A DNA stretch of 64,000 bases, taken from the NCBI GenBank assembly GCA_963825415.1, contig CAWGTD010000009.1, positions 196,400 to 260,399 on the forward strand, in the 5' to 3' direction. This DNA is from an uncultured Actinomycetes bacterium. Lineage in GTDB: Bacteria; Actinomycetota; Thermoleophilia; Solirubrobacterales; Solirubrobacteraceae. Made by a program: the position numbers and the translations under genes. The notes beneath the pieces were generated by a model. It had not been told where the DNA came from and made no database searches. It saw nothing but the letters and a program-made list of their open reading frames with translations. This document shows, one piece after another, positions 10,862 through 20,653 of this stretch; within the stretch, counting starts at the first letter, position 1, and each line of letters starts with the position of its first letter.

Positions 10862-11016
10862 GCACAAAGCTCCTGCACAAGTCGAGGGTTGCGCTCCTGC
10901 AACGGGTCTTGCGCCCTAGACTTCCCTGCCGCGGGCGCCTACGGTGCATTTCGGGCGCCGGGTTTATGCGCCTGCAAAACCCTCAACGCTAACTCGAGGT
11001 TCGGACGGACGAGATC

Positions 11017-12099
11017 ATGGAGAGCGGCGGCAGCTACCTCGCGGTCATAAAGGTCGTCGGTGTCGGCGGCGGCGGGACCAATGCGGTCAATCGCATGGTC
11101 GACGCCGGCCTGCGCGGCGTCGAGTTCATCGCGGCGAACACGGACGCCCAGGCGTTGCAGATGTGCGACGCCGACATCAAGCTGAACATCGGCCACGAGG
11201 TCACCAAGGGCCTTGGGGCGGGTGCGAATCCGGACGTCGGGTTCGCCAGCGCCGCCGAGTCGCGCGACGACATCAAGGAGGCGCTCAAGGGCGCCGACAT
11301 GGTCTTCGTCACGGCCGGCGAGGGCGGCGGGACCGGCACCGGCGCCGCTCCCGTGATCGCCGAGATCGCCAAGAACGAGATCGGCGCGCTTACCGTCGGT
11401 GTCGTCACCAGGCCGTTCGAGTTCGAGGGCTCCCAGCGCAGCCGGCAGGCCGAGGACGGAATCGCGCGCCTGCGCGACGTCGTCGACACCCTGATCGTGA
11501 TTCCCAACGAGAAGCTGCTGGCGATCGTCGAGCGGCGCACCTCGATCCTCGACGCGTTCCGCCAGGCCGACGACGTCCTGCGCCAGGGCGTCCAGGGAAT
11601 CACGGACCTGATCACGATCCCCGGCCTGATCAACCTCGACTTCGCCGACGTGCGGACGATCATGACCGACGCCGGCTCGGCGCTGATGGGAATCGGCACC
11701 GGCTCGGGCGAGGACCGTGCCGCCGAGGCGGCGCGCAACGCGATCTCCAGCCCGCTGCTGGAGGAGAACGTCGAGGGCGCCACCGGCATCCTGCTGAACA
11801 TCACCGGCGGGCGCGACCTCGGCCTGTTCGAGGTCAACGAGGCGGCCGAGATCGTCCAGGGCGCCGCGGAGTCCAACGCGAACATCATCTTCGGCGCCGT
11901 CCTCGACGAGGCGCAGGGCGAGGAGGTCCGCGTCACGGTCATCGCGACCGGCTTCGACCACGGCCGGGCACGGCCGCGCACCGCGCGCGACCAGGTTCGC
12001 GGCAGCGCCCGCGACCGCGGGCCCCGCATCGACGATCGCCAGCGCTCTTCGCTGGAGATCCCCGACGACGAGATCGATATCCCGCCGTTCTTGCGCTGA
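11017..12099 (+). CDS. ftsZ: Cell division GTPase FtsZ
   Basis: Intact 360-aa ORF with the tubulin signature [13 protein letters not shown] and N-terminal [17 protein letters not shown]. The conserved C-terminal peptide DIPPFLR is present. Confidence 0.97.
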   Translation: MESGGSYLAVIKVVGVGGGGTNAVNRMVDAGLRGVEFIAANTDAQALQMCDADIKLNIGHEVTKGLGAGANPDVGFASAAESRDDIKEALKGADMVFVTAGEGGGTGTGAAPVIAEIAKNEIGALTVGVVTRPFEFEGSQRSRQAEDGIARLRDVVDTLIVIPNEKLLAIVERRTSILDAFRQADDVLRQGVQGITDLITIPGLINLDFADVRTIMTDAGSALMGIGTGSGEDRAAEAARNAISSPLLEENVEGATGILLNITGGRDLGLFEVNEAAEIVQGAAESNANIIFGAVLDEAQGEEVRVTVIATGFDHGRARPRTARDQVRGSARDRGPRIDDRQRSSLEIPDDEIDIPPFLR

Positions 12100-12187
12100 G
12101 CGGCCGATTCAGGCCTCGCGAGCCTGGCGCAGCCCCGCTGTGCAAATCATCACTAATGGGGATTGCGATCCGTCCGCTGAAAAGCAG

Positions 12188-12337
12188 ATGATCGCTCTAC
12201 ACATGCAGAAGCTCACCGCCAAGGATCTGGCCGAGCACGTGACGCAGCTGGAGAAGGCCTCAGTCGAGGCGCTCGACGAGCTGCTGACCGACCTGTTGGT
12301 CCAGGTCTATCCCACGAAGCTCACGCAAGACAGCTAA
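12188..12337 (+). CDS. Hypothetical small helical protein (about 49 aa; start uncertain, alternatives 12140 or 12203)
   Basis: Track ORF 12140..12337. The 3' two-thirds have GC-rich third codon positions like neighbouring genes (..KLTAKDLAEHVTQLEKASVEALDELLTDLL..). The 5' part is unusually AT-rich for this window. No recognisable family. Confidence 0.3.
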   Translation: MIALHMQKLTAKDLAEHVTQLEKASVEALDELLTDLLVQVYPTKLTQDS

Positions 12338-12344
12338 GGACGGC

Positions 12345-14021
12345 TCACCCGGACTTCAGGCTCGCGTCGTCGACGAAGAAGCTCGACGGCAGTGAATAGT
12401 CGGTCGTCGCCGAGAACTCCAGCCGCACCGAGCTACCCGCGTAGGCAGCCAGGCTCAACACGTCCTGGCGCCATGCGCCGGCCCCCGAGGCGTTGGTGAA
12501 CGTCCTCGGCGTCGCCAGCAGCGCCCCAGTGCTGCTCAGCACTCGCACCCGGAAGTAGTCCCAGGCCGACGTCCCGGACTCTTGGGTGGTCATGTACCAC
12601 CAGTAGGTGAGCCGTCCGTTGGCCGGGACCGTGACCGTCTGGCTGACCGCGTCGGTGCCGTTGTTGTAGCCGCCCAGATATGCCGAATAGCTGCCCGCAT
12701 GGGGGCGCGTGGTGGTGATCAGCCCGTAACCGCCGCTCGACGTCTGCGTCCATGGGGTCGCGCCGGCCTCGAATCCACCGTTGACGATCGCGTCCGAACC
12801 CGGCGGTGGCGGCGGTGGCGGCGGCGGAGCCGAGCCGTTGACCGCGTTGGTCGCGTTGATCCGACCGCAGGTCCAAAGCGTCCCCGTGCCGGAGATCTTG
12901 TCGGCGTTCGTACAGATCCGATCGCGGATCTGGGCTCCGGTCAGGCCCTGCGATGCGAGCAGGCCGGCGAGCCCCGCCACGTGCGGCGTTGCCATCGACG
13001 TGCCGCTGATCGTGTTGTAGCCCGTTCCGAGCCACGTCGAGTAGATCGACGAGCCGGGCGCGGCCGCTTCGACCCAGGAGCCGTAGTTGGAGAACGACGA
13101 TCGCACGTCGGTGCTCGTCGTCGAGGCGACGGCGAAGCAGTTGGGGTAGGCACCCGGGTAGGCGCTGCTGGTGCTCGAGGTGTTGCTGTTCCCAGCGGCG
13201 CAGGCCAGGAACACGCCCTTGTTCGCCGCATAGTCGACCGCTTGGGAGAGCGTGGTCGATCCCGACCCACCGAGGCTCAGGTTGATCACCTTGGCGCCGT
13301 GGTCGGCCGCCCACGTGATGCCGCTGGCCACGTTGGCCAGCGTCCCGCTGCCGTTGTTGTCGAGGACGCGGACGGGAATCAGCGAGCAGCCGGGACACAT
13401 GCCGGCGCCGCCTGTCGCGTTGTTGGTCTCGGCGGCGGCGGTCCCGGCGACGTGCGTGCCGTGCCCGTTGCCGTCATCAGGCGCCGTGTCTCCTTGGACA
13501 TAGTCGTAACCCGCCACGATCTTGGCATCGAGGTCGGGGTGGGTGCGGGTCACGCCCGTGTCGACGATGGCAATCCTGGTCGCCGCCGATCCGAGCGTCT
13601 TGTCCCAGGCCGTGAACGCGGCGATCCGCGACCACGCCCACTGCTGGCTCAGCGCGGGGTCGTTGGGCGTGAACGCCGCCTGATAGATGAAGTTGGGCTC
13701 GGCGAACTTGAAGCGCTTGTCGGCCTTGAGCTCGTTCTGCTTGGCCCTGTCGGCGGCCTTGCTGCGCCGTTCCTTCGTCTGGGGGAACTCGAGCGCGTAG
13801 ACCCCGATGGCGGGGACGCTCTTGAGGACCCGGCCGCCATGGTCCTTGACCGCGTCGCTGCGCTCGTCCGAATCCATGCTTGACGTGAAAGCCACGACGA
13901 ACTCGCCGGGCACCGCCTCCGCATCGACGTTCGTGCGCTCCTGGGCGCTCGCGCCCGGCACGAGCACCAGCATCGCCGCAACCACGAGCACGACGCTCGC
14001 CAGCCAGCCCCTGACCCGCAT
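12345..14021 (-). CDS. Secreted subtilisin-like serine protease (peptidase S8) with propeptide, poly-Pro linker and a C-terminal beta-sandwich-like domain
   Basis: Intact 558-aa ORF. It has a signal peptide (VVLVVAAMLVLVPGASA) and an I9-like propeptide. The catalytic triad contexts are VDTGV (Asp), HGTHVAGT (His) and SGTSMATPHVAG (Ser). A run of nine Pro is followed by NGGFEAG..W. Confidence 0.9.
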   Translation of the reverse strand: MRVRGWLASVVLVVAAMLVLVPGASAQERTNVDAEAVPGEFVVAFTSSMDSDERSDAVKDHGGRVLKSVPAIGVYALEFPQTKERRSKAADRAKQNELKADKRFKFAEPNFIYQAAFTPNDPALSQQWAWSRIAAFTAWDKTLGSAATRIAIVDTGVTRTHPDLDAKIVAGYDYVQGDTAPDDGNGHGTHVAGTAAAETNNATGGAGMCPGCSLIPVRVLDNNGSGTLANVASGITWAADHGAKVINLSLGGSGSTTLSQAVDYAANKGVFLACAAGNSNTSSTSSAYPGAYPNCFAVASTTSTDVRSSFSNYGSWVEAAAPGSSIYSTWLGTGYNTISGTSMATPHVAGLAGLLASQGLTGAQIRDRICTNADKISGTGTLWTCGRINATNAVNGSAPPPPPPPPPGSDAIVNGGFEAGATPWTQTSSGGYGLITTTRPHAGSYSAYLGGYNNGTDAVSQTVTVPANGRLTYWWYMTTQESGTSAWDYFRVRVLSSTGALLATPRTFTNASGAGAWRQDVLSLAAYAGSSVRLEFSATTDYSLPSSFFVDDASLKSG

Positions 14022-14090
14022 GCCCTACCTCCCGCTGCTCGACGTCTACTGCCCCTGTGCGGCGATCGTAACCCGGTCGCGGACCGCTGT

Positions 14091-15212
14091 GTGGAATTTG
14101 TTGCTCCGCTAGCCTCCGCGACTGCGGTGGCCGCCGACGTCCCTACGACCCTGCGTCGTACCCCCCTGCACGAGCGTCACATAGACGCGGGCGGGAAGAT
14201 GGTCGCGTTCGCGGGCTGGGACATGCCGGTGCAGTACGAGGGCGTGCGCGCCGAGCACGTCGCGGTGCGCAGCGCGGCCGGCATGTTCGACGTCTCGCAC
14301 ATGGGCGAGATCATCACGAGCGGCCCGAGCGCGGAGGCGCTGCTCCAGCGCCTGCTCTCCAACGACGTCTCGAAGATCCCCGTCGGCGGCGCGCAGTACA
14401 GCGTCATGTGCCGCGACGACGGCGGCGTCCTCGACGATCTCTTCACCTACCGCCTGGAGCCCGACCGCTATCTGACGGTGACCAACGCCGCCAACCACGA
14501 CAAGGACCTCGCGTGGTTCGGCCGCTGCGCCGCCGACTTCGACTGCGTCGTCGAGGACGCCCACGAGGACTACGCGATGCTCGCCGTGCAGGGTCCGCAG
14601 GGGCGTGAGGCGGTCCAGGCGCTCAGCGACGCGCCGCTGCCCGCGCGGATGACCTGCGCCGAGCGCATGATCGCCGGGACGCGGATGCTCGTCTGCGGCA
14701 CCGGCTACACGGGTGAGGACGGCGTCGAGCTGCTGCTCGAGCCCGAGGCCGCGCCGCGCCTCTGGGACGAGCTGCTGCGCCGCCTGGTCACGCCCGCGGG
14801 CCTGGGCGCGCGCGACACGCTGCGGCTGGAGGCCTGCTTCCACCTCTACGGCAACGACCTGACCGAGGACCGCGGCCCGATCGAGGCCGGGCTCGGCTGG
14901 TGCTGCAAGGAGGACACCGGCTTCATCGGCGCCGAGGCCGTGCGCGCGGCGCGGGAAACCGACCCGGCCGAGAAGCTCGTGCCCTTCCGCTTCACGGGCC
15001 CCGGGATCCCGCGGCCTGGCAATCCGGTGATCGGCGGCGGCCAGGTGACCAGCGGCACGCTCTCGCCGTGCCTGGATGTCGGGATCGGCATGGCCTACCT
15101 GCCCACCGGGCGAGCCGCGGTCTCCACAGAATTCGAGATCGACGTGCGCGGCAAGGTGCGCGGCGCCGTCGTGGCCAAAAAGCCCCTGTACAGCAAGGAG
15201 ACCGATGGCTGA
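14091..15212 (+). CDS. gcvT: Glycine cleavage system aminomethyltransferase (T protein)
   Basis: Intact ORF with LRRTPLHERH..GGKMVAFAGWDMPVQY..HVAVRSAAGMFDVSHMG. It is followed by gcvH and gcvP. The start is uncertain (GTG 14091, or an internal GTG ~35 nt downstream). Confidence 0.92.
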   Translation: MEFVAPLASATAVAADVPTTLRRTPLHERHIDAGGKMVAFAGWDMPVQYEGVRAEHVAVRSAAGMFDVSHMGEIITSGPSAEALLQRLLSNDVSKIPVGGAQYSVMCRDDGGVLDDLFTYRLEPDRYLTVTNAANHDKDLAWFGRCAADFDCVVEDAHEDYAMLAVQGPQGREAVQALSDAPLPARMTCAERMIAGTRMLVCGTGYTGEDGVELLLEPEAAPRLWDELLRRLVTPAGLGARDTLRLEACFHLYGNDLTEDRGPIEAGLGWCCKEDTGFIGAEAVRAARETDPAEKLVPFRFTGPGIPRPGNPVIGGGQVTSGTLSPCLDVGIGMAYLPTGRAAVSTEFEIDVRGKVRGAVVAKKPLYSKETDG

Positions 15213-15591
15213 CGCGAGCTACCCCGACGACCTGCTCTACCACCCCGAGCACGACTGGGTGAAGATCGAAGACGACGTGGCCACGTTCGGCATCACGTGG
15301 TTCGCGCAGGACGCCCTCGGTGAGGTCGTGTTCTTCGACCCGCCCGAGGTCGGCTCGACGGTGACGGCCGGGGACTCCTACGCCGAGGTGGAATCGGTCA
15401 AGGCGGTCTCGGACGTGATCGCGCCACTTTCGGGGGAGATCGTCGAGGTCAATACGGCGCTCGGCGACGGTCCAGAGGCCATCAACAACGACCCCTATGG
15501 TGAGGGGTGGATGGTCAAGGTGAAGCTCTCGGATGCGTCCGAGGCAGACGCGCTGCTGGATGCGGCGACGTACACCTCGCAGCTGGACTGA
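15205..15591 (+). CDS. gcvH: Glycine cleavage system H protein (lipoyl carrier)
   Basis: ATG 15205 overlaps the gcvT stop. The 128-aa product has the lipoyl-lysine motif EVESVKAVSD and C-terminal PYGEGWM. Confidence 0.95.
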   Translation: MADASYPDDLLYHPEHDWVKIEDDVATFGITWFAQDALGEVVFFDPPEVGSTVTAGDSYAEVESVKAVSDVIAPLSGEIVEVNTALGDGPEAINNDPYGEGWMVKVKLSDASEADALLDAATYTSQLD

Positions 15592-15594
15592 CTC

Positions 15595-16983
15595 GTGTCT
15601 CGATACACCGCCGTCACACCCGAGGATTTGCGGGCGATGCTCGACGCCATCGGCATCGCCTCCGTCGACGAGCTCTTCGCGCGGCAGGTGCCTGCCGGCG
15701 TGCGGCTCGGGCGTGCGCTCGACCTGCCGGCGGGATTGCCCGAACAGGACGTCTACGAGCACCTGCGCGAGCTCGCGGCGCGCAACGTCTCGGTCGAGGA
15801 CGAGATCTCGTTCCTCGGCGCGGGGATGTACGACCACTACGTGCCGGCGCTGGTGGACATGCTCACCGAGCGCTCGGAGTTCTTGACGCCGTACACCCCG
15901 TACCAGCCCGAGGTCTCCCAGGGCACCTTGCAGGCGATGTTCGAGTACCAGACCGCGATCAGCGAGCTGACCGCGCTGCCGGTGTCGAACGCCTCGGTCT
16001 ACGAGGGGCCCAGCGCGGTGGCCAGCGCGGCGTACCTGGCCAAGCTGGCGAACCGCCGGACGCGGCTGGTCGCCTCGGCCGGCCTGCACCCGCACTCGCT
16101 CGAGACGCTGCGCACCTACGCGGCGGGCTTCGGGGCCGAGGTCGTCGAGGTGCCGCTGCGCGACGGCGTCACGGACGCGGAAGCCTGGGCCGAGGCGATC
16201 GACGTCCAGACCGGCGCGGTGTTCCTCCAGCAGCCCAACGTGCTCGGCGCGGTCGAGGACGTCGCGGCGCTGGCCGGCGCCGCGCGCGAGGGCGCGGGCG
16301 ACGACGTCGTGGTCGTCGGCTCCTACGACGCGATCGCGCTGGGCGTCCTGGTGCCGCCCGGGCGAGTGCGGCATCGACGTCTGTGTCGGCGAGGGCCAGC
16401 CGCTCGGCAACCGGCTCGACTACGGCGGGCCGTCGTTCGGCTTCTTCGCCTCCACCCAGGCGCACCTGCGCCGCATGCCGGGGCGCATCGCCGGAGAGAC
16501 CGTCGACGTCGACGGCCGCCGCGGGTTCGTGCTGACGCTCCAGACGCGCGAGCAGCACATCCGCCGCGAGAAGGCGACCCACAACATCTGCACCTCGCAG
16601 GCGCTCAACGCGCTCGCGGGCGTGGTCTACCTGTCCTGGCTCGGGCGGCAGGGCATCGTCGAGCTCGGCGAGCTGCTGCTCGCCCGCACCCACTACGCAC
16701 GCGAGGCCCTGTGCGCGCTGGACGGCGTCTCCAAGCTGCACGAGCAGCCGGTGGTGCGCGAGTTCGCCGTGCGGCTCGAGTGCGCGCGGGATCGGTTTCC
16801 CGCGTGATCGAGCGTTGCGTGGCGGCGGGCGTGAACCCGGGCGTGCCGCTGGCGCGGCTGGGCCTCGACGAGGACGGCCTGCTCGTGGCGCTCACCGAGC
16901 GGCGGTCGCGGGCCGACATCGACCGGCTCGTCGACGTCCTCGGCGCCGCCGTCACGGCGGAGCGGGAGGCGGTGGCCGTATGA
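15595..16983 (+). CDS. gcvPA: Glycine dehydrogenase (decarboxylating) subunit 1 (GcvPA); two frame breaks as given
   Basis: Frame 1 is GcvPA-like up to ..GVLVPPG (~16360). The sense then runs in frame 2 (ECGIDVCVGEGQPLGNRLDYGGPSFGFFA..MPGRIAGETVD..HIRREKATHNICTSQAL; track ORF 16475..16807). It returns to frame 1 at ~16785 (VIERCVAAGVNPG..). Confidence 0.9.
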   Translation: MSRYTAVTPEDLRAMLDAIGIASVDELFARQVPAGVRLGRALDLPAGLPEQDVYEHLRELAARNVSVEDEISFLGAGMYDHYVPALVDMLTERSEFLTPYTPYQPEVSQGTLQAMFEYQTAISELTALPVSNASVYEGPSAVASAAYLAKLANRRTRLVASAGLHPHSLETLRTYAAGFGAEVVEVPLRDGVTDAEAWAEAIDVQTGAVFLQQPNVLGAVEDVAALAGAAREGAGDDVVVVGSYDAIALGVLVPPGRVRHRRLCRRGPAARQPARLRRAVVRLLRLHPGAPAPHAGAHRRRDRRRRRPPRVRADAPDARAAHPPREGDPQHLHLAGAQRARGRGLPVLARAAGHRRARRAAARPHPLRTRGPVRAGRRLQAARAAGGARVRRAARVRAGSVSRVIERCVAAGVNPGVPLARLGLDEDGLLVALTERRSRADIDRLVDVLGAAVTAEREAVAV

Positions 16984-18482
16984 GCGTCGTCCGAGGCGGC
17001 TCGCCGCTGCAGCACGAGCAGGTGCGCACGATCTTCGAGAAGGGCGCGCCGGGGCGGCGTGCGTTCGTCTGCCCGGAGCTCGACGTGCCCGAGGCGCCCG
17101 ACGCCCTGCCCGAGCGGTTCCGCCGCGCCCGCGGGCCGCAGCTGCCCGAGCTGTCGGAGCCCGAGCTCGTCCGCCACTTCGTACGACTGTCAAAGCGCAA
17201 CTTCGACCTGGACTCGGGCTTCTATCCGCTCGGCTCGTGCACGATGAAGCACAACCCGCGCCTGCACGAGCGGGTGGCCGCGCTGCCTGGCCACGCCCGG
17301 CTGCATCCGCTCCAGAACCCCGCGCGGGCACAGGGTGCGCTGGAGCTGATGTGGCGGCTGGAGCGCTCGCTGTCGGAGATCGCCGGGCTGCCGCACGTCT
17401 CGCTGCAGCCCAGCGCCGGTTCGCACGGCGAGCTGGCCGGCGTGCTGCTGACGCGCGCCTACCACGCCGACCGGGGCGAGCCCGGTCGCACCAAGGTGCT
17501 GACGCCCGACACCGCCCACGGCACCAACCCGGCGACGGTGACGATGGCCGGCCTGGAGGTCGTCAAGGTCGCGACGAACCCCGACGGCGGCGTCGACCTC
17601 GACGACCTGCGGGCCAAGGCCGCAGACGACACCGCCTGCCTGATGCTGACCAACCCCAACACGCTTGGGATCTTCGACCCGAACATCGAGGAGATCGCGG
17701 CGGTCGTGCACGGGGTGGGGGGCACGCTCTACTACGACGGCGCGAACCTCAACGCGGTCATGGGCATCAGCCGGCCCGGCGACATGGGCTTCGACATCGT
17801 GCACTTCAACCTGCACAAGTCGTTCACGCAGCCACACGGCGGCGGCGGGCCGGGCTCGGGGCCGATCGCGGTTTCCGACCGGATCGAGCCCTACCTGATG
17901 GTCCCGCGGATCGTGCGTCGAGACGACGGCTCGTTCGACCTCGAGGAGGACGGGCGGCCGAAGTCGATCGGGCGCCTGCGCGGCTTCCAGGGCAACTACG
18001 GCACGTTCGTGCGCTCGTACGCCTACATCCGCTCGCTGGGCGCCGAAGGCCTGCGCGACGCGAGCGAGACGGCCGTGCTCAACGCCAACTACCTGCTGGC
18101 GCGGCTGCGCGAGCTCGGCGTGGCCGACCGCCTGCCGCTGGCGTTCGGCGAGCTGTGCATGCACGAGTTCGTCCTGTCCGGCGCGCCGATGAAGCGCGAG
18201 CTGAAGATCAAGACGCTCGATCTGGCCAAGCGCCTGCTCGACCACGGCTTCCACCCGCCGACCGTCTACTTCCCGCTGCTGGTCGACGAGGCGCTGCTGG
18301 TCGAGCCCACCGAGACCGAGACGCGCGAGACCCTCGACGCGTTCGCCGAGGCGCTCGCCGACATCCTGCGCGAGGCCGCCGAGGATCCCGAGATCGCTCG
18401 CGCGGCGCCCTACACGACGCCTGTTCGCCGCCTCGACGAGGCCGCCGCCGCCAAGCGGCCCGTCATCCGCCAGGCGCTTTGA
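16980..18482 (+). CDS. gcvPB: Glycine dehydrogenase (decarboxylating) subunit 2 (GcvPB)
   Basis: ATG 16980 forms an ATGA overlap with the gcvPA stop. Intact ~500 aa with the PLP site context NLHKSFTQPHGGGGPG and LGSCTMKHNP. Confidence 0.94.
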   Translation: MSVVRGGSPLQHEQVRTIFEKGAPGRRAFVCPELDVPEAPDALPERFRRARGPQLPELSEPELVRHFVRLSKRNFDLDSGFYPLGSCTMKHNPRLHERVAALPGHARLHPLQNPARAQGALELMWRLERSLSEIAGLPHVSLQPSAGSHGELAGVLLTRAYHADRGEPGRTKVLTPDTAHGTNPATVTMAGLEVVKVATNPDGGVDLDDLRAKAADDTACLMLTNPNTLGIFDPNIEEIAAVVHGVGGTLYYDGANLNAVMGISRPGDMGFDIVHFNLHKSFTQPHGGGGPGSGPIAVSDRIEPYLMVPRIVRRDDGSFDLEEDGRPKSIGRLRGFQGNYGTFVRSYAYIRSLGAEGLRDASETAVLNANYLLARLRELGVADRLPLAFGELCMHEFVLSGAPMKRELKIKTLDLAKRLLDHGFHPPTVYFPLLVDEALLVEPTETETRETLDAFAEALADILREAAEDPEIARAAPYTTPVRRLDEAAAAKRPVIRQAL

Positions 18483-18533
18483 CCCAGACGCTCTAGACAC
18501 CGTCCGGCCTCCGGCCGGGAGGGACCCACCTCC

Positions 18534-18551
18534 GGCGGCCACGTGGCCGCC
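18534..18551. terminator. GC-rich perfect palindrome between convergent gcvPB and the DUF1360 gene (candidate bidirectional terminator)
   Basis: GGCGGCCACGTGGCCGCC is an 18-nt perfect palindrome. A second hairpin, CCGGCC-TCC-GGCCGG, lies at 18504-18518. There is no T-tract. Confidence 0.45.
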
Positions 18552-18562
18552 TCCGGCACCCT

Positions 18563-19090
18563 CTAGGCCGAGCGGCTGAAGCGCTCGTCCGCGGCGTGGT
18601 CGCCGGCCTCCGCCGGCGGCGCCTGGGCCGCCCGCTGGGCGGCGTTGCTCGCCGCGCACAGCTGGGTGAAGCCGGCCTGGAGGAAGTCGCTGACCGCGCT
18701 GGTGCCGAGCAGGGCGGTGACGACGCGCGCCTCGCGCGGGCGGGTCAAGCGCAGGCCGACGAGCGCAAGCGAGCTCCAGGCCCCGACGCAGCGCGTGCAG
18801 CTCAGCAGCTCGCCGACCGCGTAGCGCAGGCCGTCGCCCTTGGGTCGGCGCTCGCCGCCGGGCAGCTCCTCGAGGAACGGCTCGCGGACCCACGTGTCGA
18901 CCTTCTCCTTCGAGATCAACTTGGCCAGCGCGAAGGCGGCGAGGCCGAGCGGCACGACCTCCGCTTGGCGGATCGGCTCGTCACCCTGGTCGCGGGCGGC
19001 GAGCAGCGTCGCGGCGACGAGCGCGCCGTAGCCGGCGCTCAGGACGGCGTAGTCGGTCGGCCGGGTCGGTGTCTGCGCAACGGAATCCAT
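18563..19090 (-). CDS. DUF1360 family membrane protein
   Basis: Intact 175-aa ORF. It has TM helices and the characteristic KEKVDTWVREPF ... ELLSCTRCVGAWS pattern I associate with DUF1360. Confidence 0.6.
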   Translation of the reverse strand: MDSVAQTPTRPTDYAVLSAGYGALVAATLLAARDQGDEPIRQAEVVPLGLAAFALAKLISKEKVDTWVREPFLEELPGGERRPKGDGLRYAVGELLSCTRCVGAWSSLALVGLRLTRPREARVVTALLGTSAVSDFLQAGFTQLCAASNAAQRAAQAPPAEAGDHAADERFSRSA

Positions 19091-19216
19091 TCCGTGGTCT
19101 CGCTACCCGGGCCCGGCGATGCGCACACGCGTCCAGTGCCCTTGCCCCCGCGACCGCATTGCGGATAGCGTCGCGCCGCGGCTTCGAATCTCAAGCAACG
19201 AGAAAGGGCGGGACGG

Positions 19217-20491
19217 ATGCAACGACTGCACAGGCGTCTGGGGGCGCCGCTCCTGGCGATCATCGGCTTTGCCGCTTTGGCGGCCGCCGCTCCGGCGGGC
19301 GCAGCGGTGGCGGTGCCGGGCGGATGGGTCTACACGGTCTCCAACGATCCGGGGCCGGGCGCCAACACCGTCGTGGCACTCGACTACTTCAGGACGGGGT
19401 CGCTGCGGCCCCTGCGTGCGCGCACGTTCCCGACGCGTGGCACCGGCGAGCGCTACGTCAAGGGCCAGTCGCTCGCCATCCTGGCGGGCGATCACCAGAT
19501 CGCCACGAGCCCCGACAAGCGCTTCCTGCTGGCGGCCAACCAGGGCTCGAACACGATCGCGGTCTTCCGCATCAACCGCCGCACCGGCGGGATCACGCAC
19601 GTGGCGGGCTCCCCGTTCCCGTCCGGCGGCGTGGGGCCGACGGCGATCGGCGTGTCCGGCCGCCGAGTCGTGGTGGCCAACAAGGGCATGCGCCCCGGCG
19701 AGCCGCCTCCGGGTGCCGGCAACCTCGTGAGCTTCAGGTTCTCCAGCGCGGGCCGGCTCACGCCGGTCTCGACAGTCGCTTCGCCCGGCGCGCCGCTGGA
19801 CGCCTCGATCGCGCCGAACGGCAGCACGGTGTTCGACAGCGACTTCCTGGCGTTCAAGCTGCACGTGCTGCACCTCGGCAGCGACGCCACGCTGACCGAC
19901 GGTCCCGCCGGCCAGTTCGACTTCGATCCGGCCGTCACCGCGGACCGCTCGGCGCCGCCCGGCTTCCCGCCGGACGCGCCGAAGCTGGCGTTCGGCATCG
20001 GTGTTCACCCGACGCAGTCCTACGTCTATTACACCGCGACCGTGTCCGAGCGGATCGCGATCTACACGTACGACCCGGCGGGCAACATGACGTTCGTCAA
20101 GGCGGTCGACAACCCGGGCGTGGCGGCGCCGTGCTGGAACACCGTCACCCCGAACGGGCGCTACATGTACACGGCCAACCGGGTGACGAAGGACGTCACC
20201 GCGTGGCGGATCTCGCCCGACGGCGCCGACCTGACACGGCTGGGCGACTACAAGCTGCCCGAGGCGGGCGGCACGGGCAACATGGCGGTCTCCGCCGATG
20301 GCCGCACGTTGTTCGTCAACGCGGCCCACGACGACGCCGACATCCCGTTCGAGACGCCCGACGACGGCAACTTCGTCGAGGCCTTCCGGATCAACGGCGA
20401 CGGGTCGTTGCGAGCGCTGAGCGTGGCCGCCCTTCCGGTGCGCTTCAGCACGATTCCGCTGGGCCTGGCGACCGTCGGCTACCGCCGCTAG
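19217..20491 (+). CDS. Secreted beta-propeller protein, lactonase-like (7-bladed propeller family)
   Basis: Intact 424-aa ORF with a signal peptide ([19 protein letters not shown]). It has repeated blade-like segments (VYTVSND..NTVVAL, SPDKRFLLAANQGSNTIAVFRI, VHPTQSYVYYTA, TPNGRYMYTANR, SADGRTLFVNA). The family call is by eye only. Confidence 0.55.
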   Translation: MQRLHRRLGAPLLAIIGFAALAAAAPAGAAVAVPGGWVYTVSNDPGPGANTVVALDYFRTGSLRPLRARTFPTRGTGERYVKGQSLAILAGDHQIATSPDKRFLLAANQGSNTIAVFRINRRTGGITHVAGSPFPSGGVGPTAIGVSGRRVVVANKGMRPGEPPPGAGNLVSFRFSSAGRLTPVSTVASPGAPLDASIAPNGSTVFDSDFLAFKLHVLHLGSDATLTDGPAGQFDFDPAVTADRSAPPGFPPDAPKLAFGIGVHPTQSYVYYTATVSERIAIYTYDPAGNMTFVKAVDNPGVAAPCWNTVTPNGRYMYTANRVTKDVTAWRISPDGADLTRLGDYKLPEAGGTGNMAVSADGRTLFVNAAHDDADIPFETPDDGNFVEAFRINGDGSLRALSVAALPVRFSTIPLGLATVGYRR

Positions 20492-20507
20492 CGGTCTGCA
20501 ATGGAAC

Positions 20508-20539
20508 ATGCCGCGGTCACGCCAACGTGGCCGCGGCAT
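20508..20539 (+). terminator. Hairpin downstream of the first lactonase-like gene
   Basis: ATGCCGCGGTCAC-GCCAAC-GTGGCCGCGGCAT forms a 13-bp stem with one mismatch. It lies 17 nt after the stop. Confidence 0.5.
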
Positions 20540-20653
20540 TGACCTCGGCGACCCCGGGCGGATAGAAACACGCACACAGGTTCGGCGCGAATCGAGCGCC
20601 TCCCTCCGACAACCGACGGATTTCGCTCGACGAGCGGGAGAAAGGAACCCCAC

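Noticed and set aside
14022-14126. Looked for a glycine riboswitch upstream of gcvT.
   Set aside because: The spacer shared with the divergent protease gene is only ~70-100 nt. I could not find the conserved glycine-aptamer core elements (for example an ACCGAAGGGGCAA-like segment). Only a covariance-model scan could exclude it formally.
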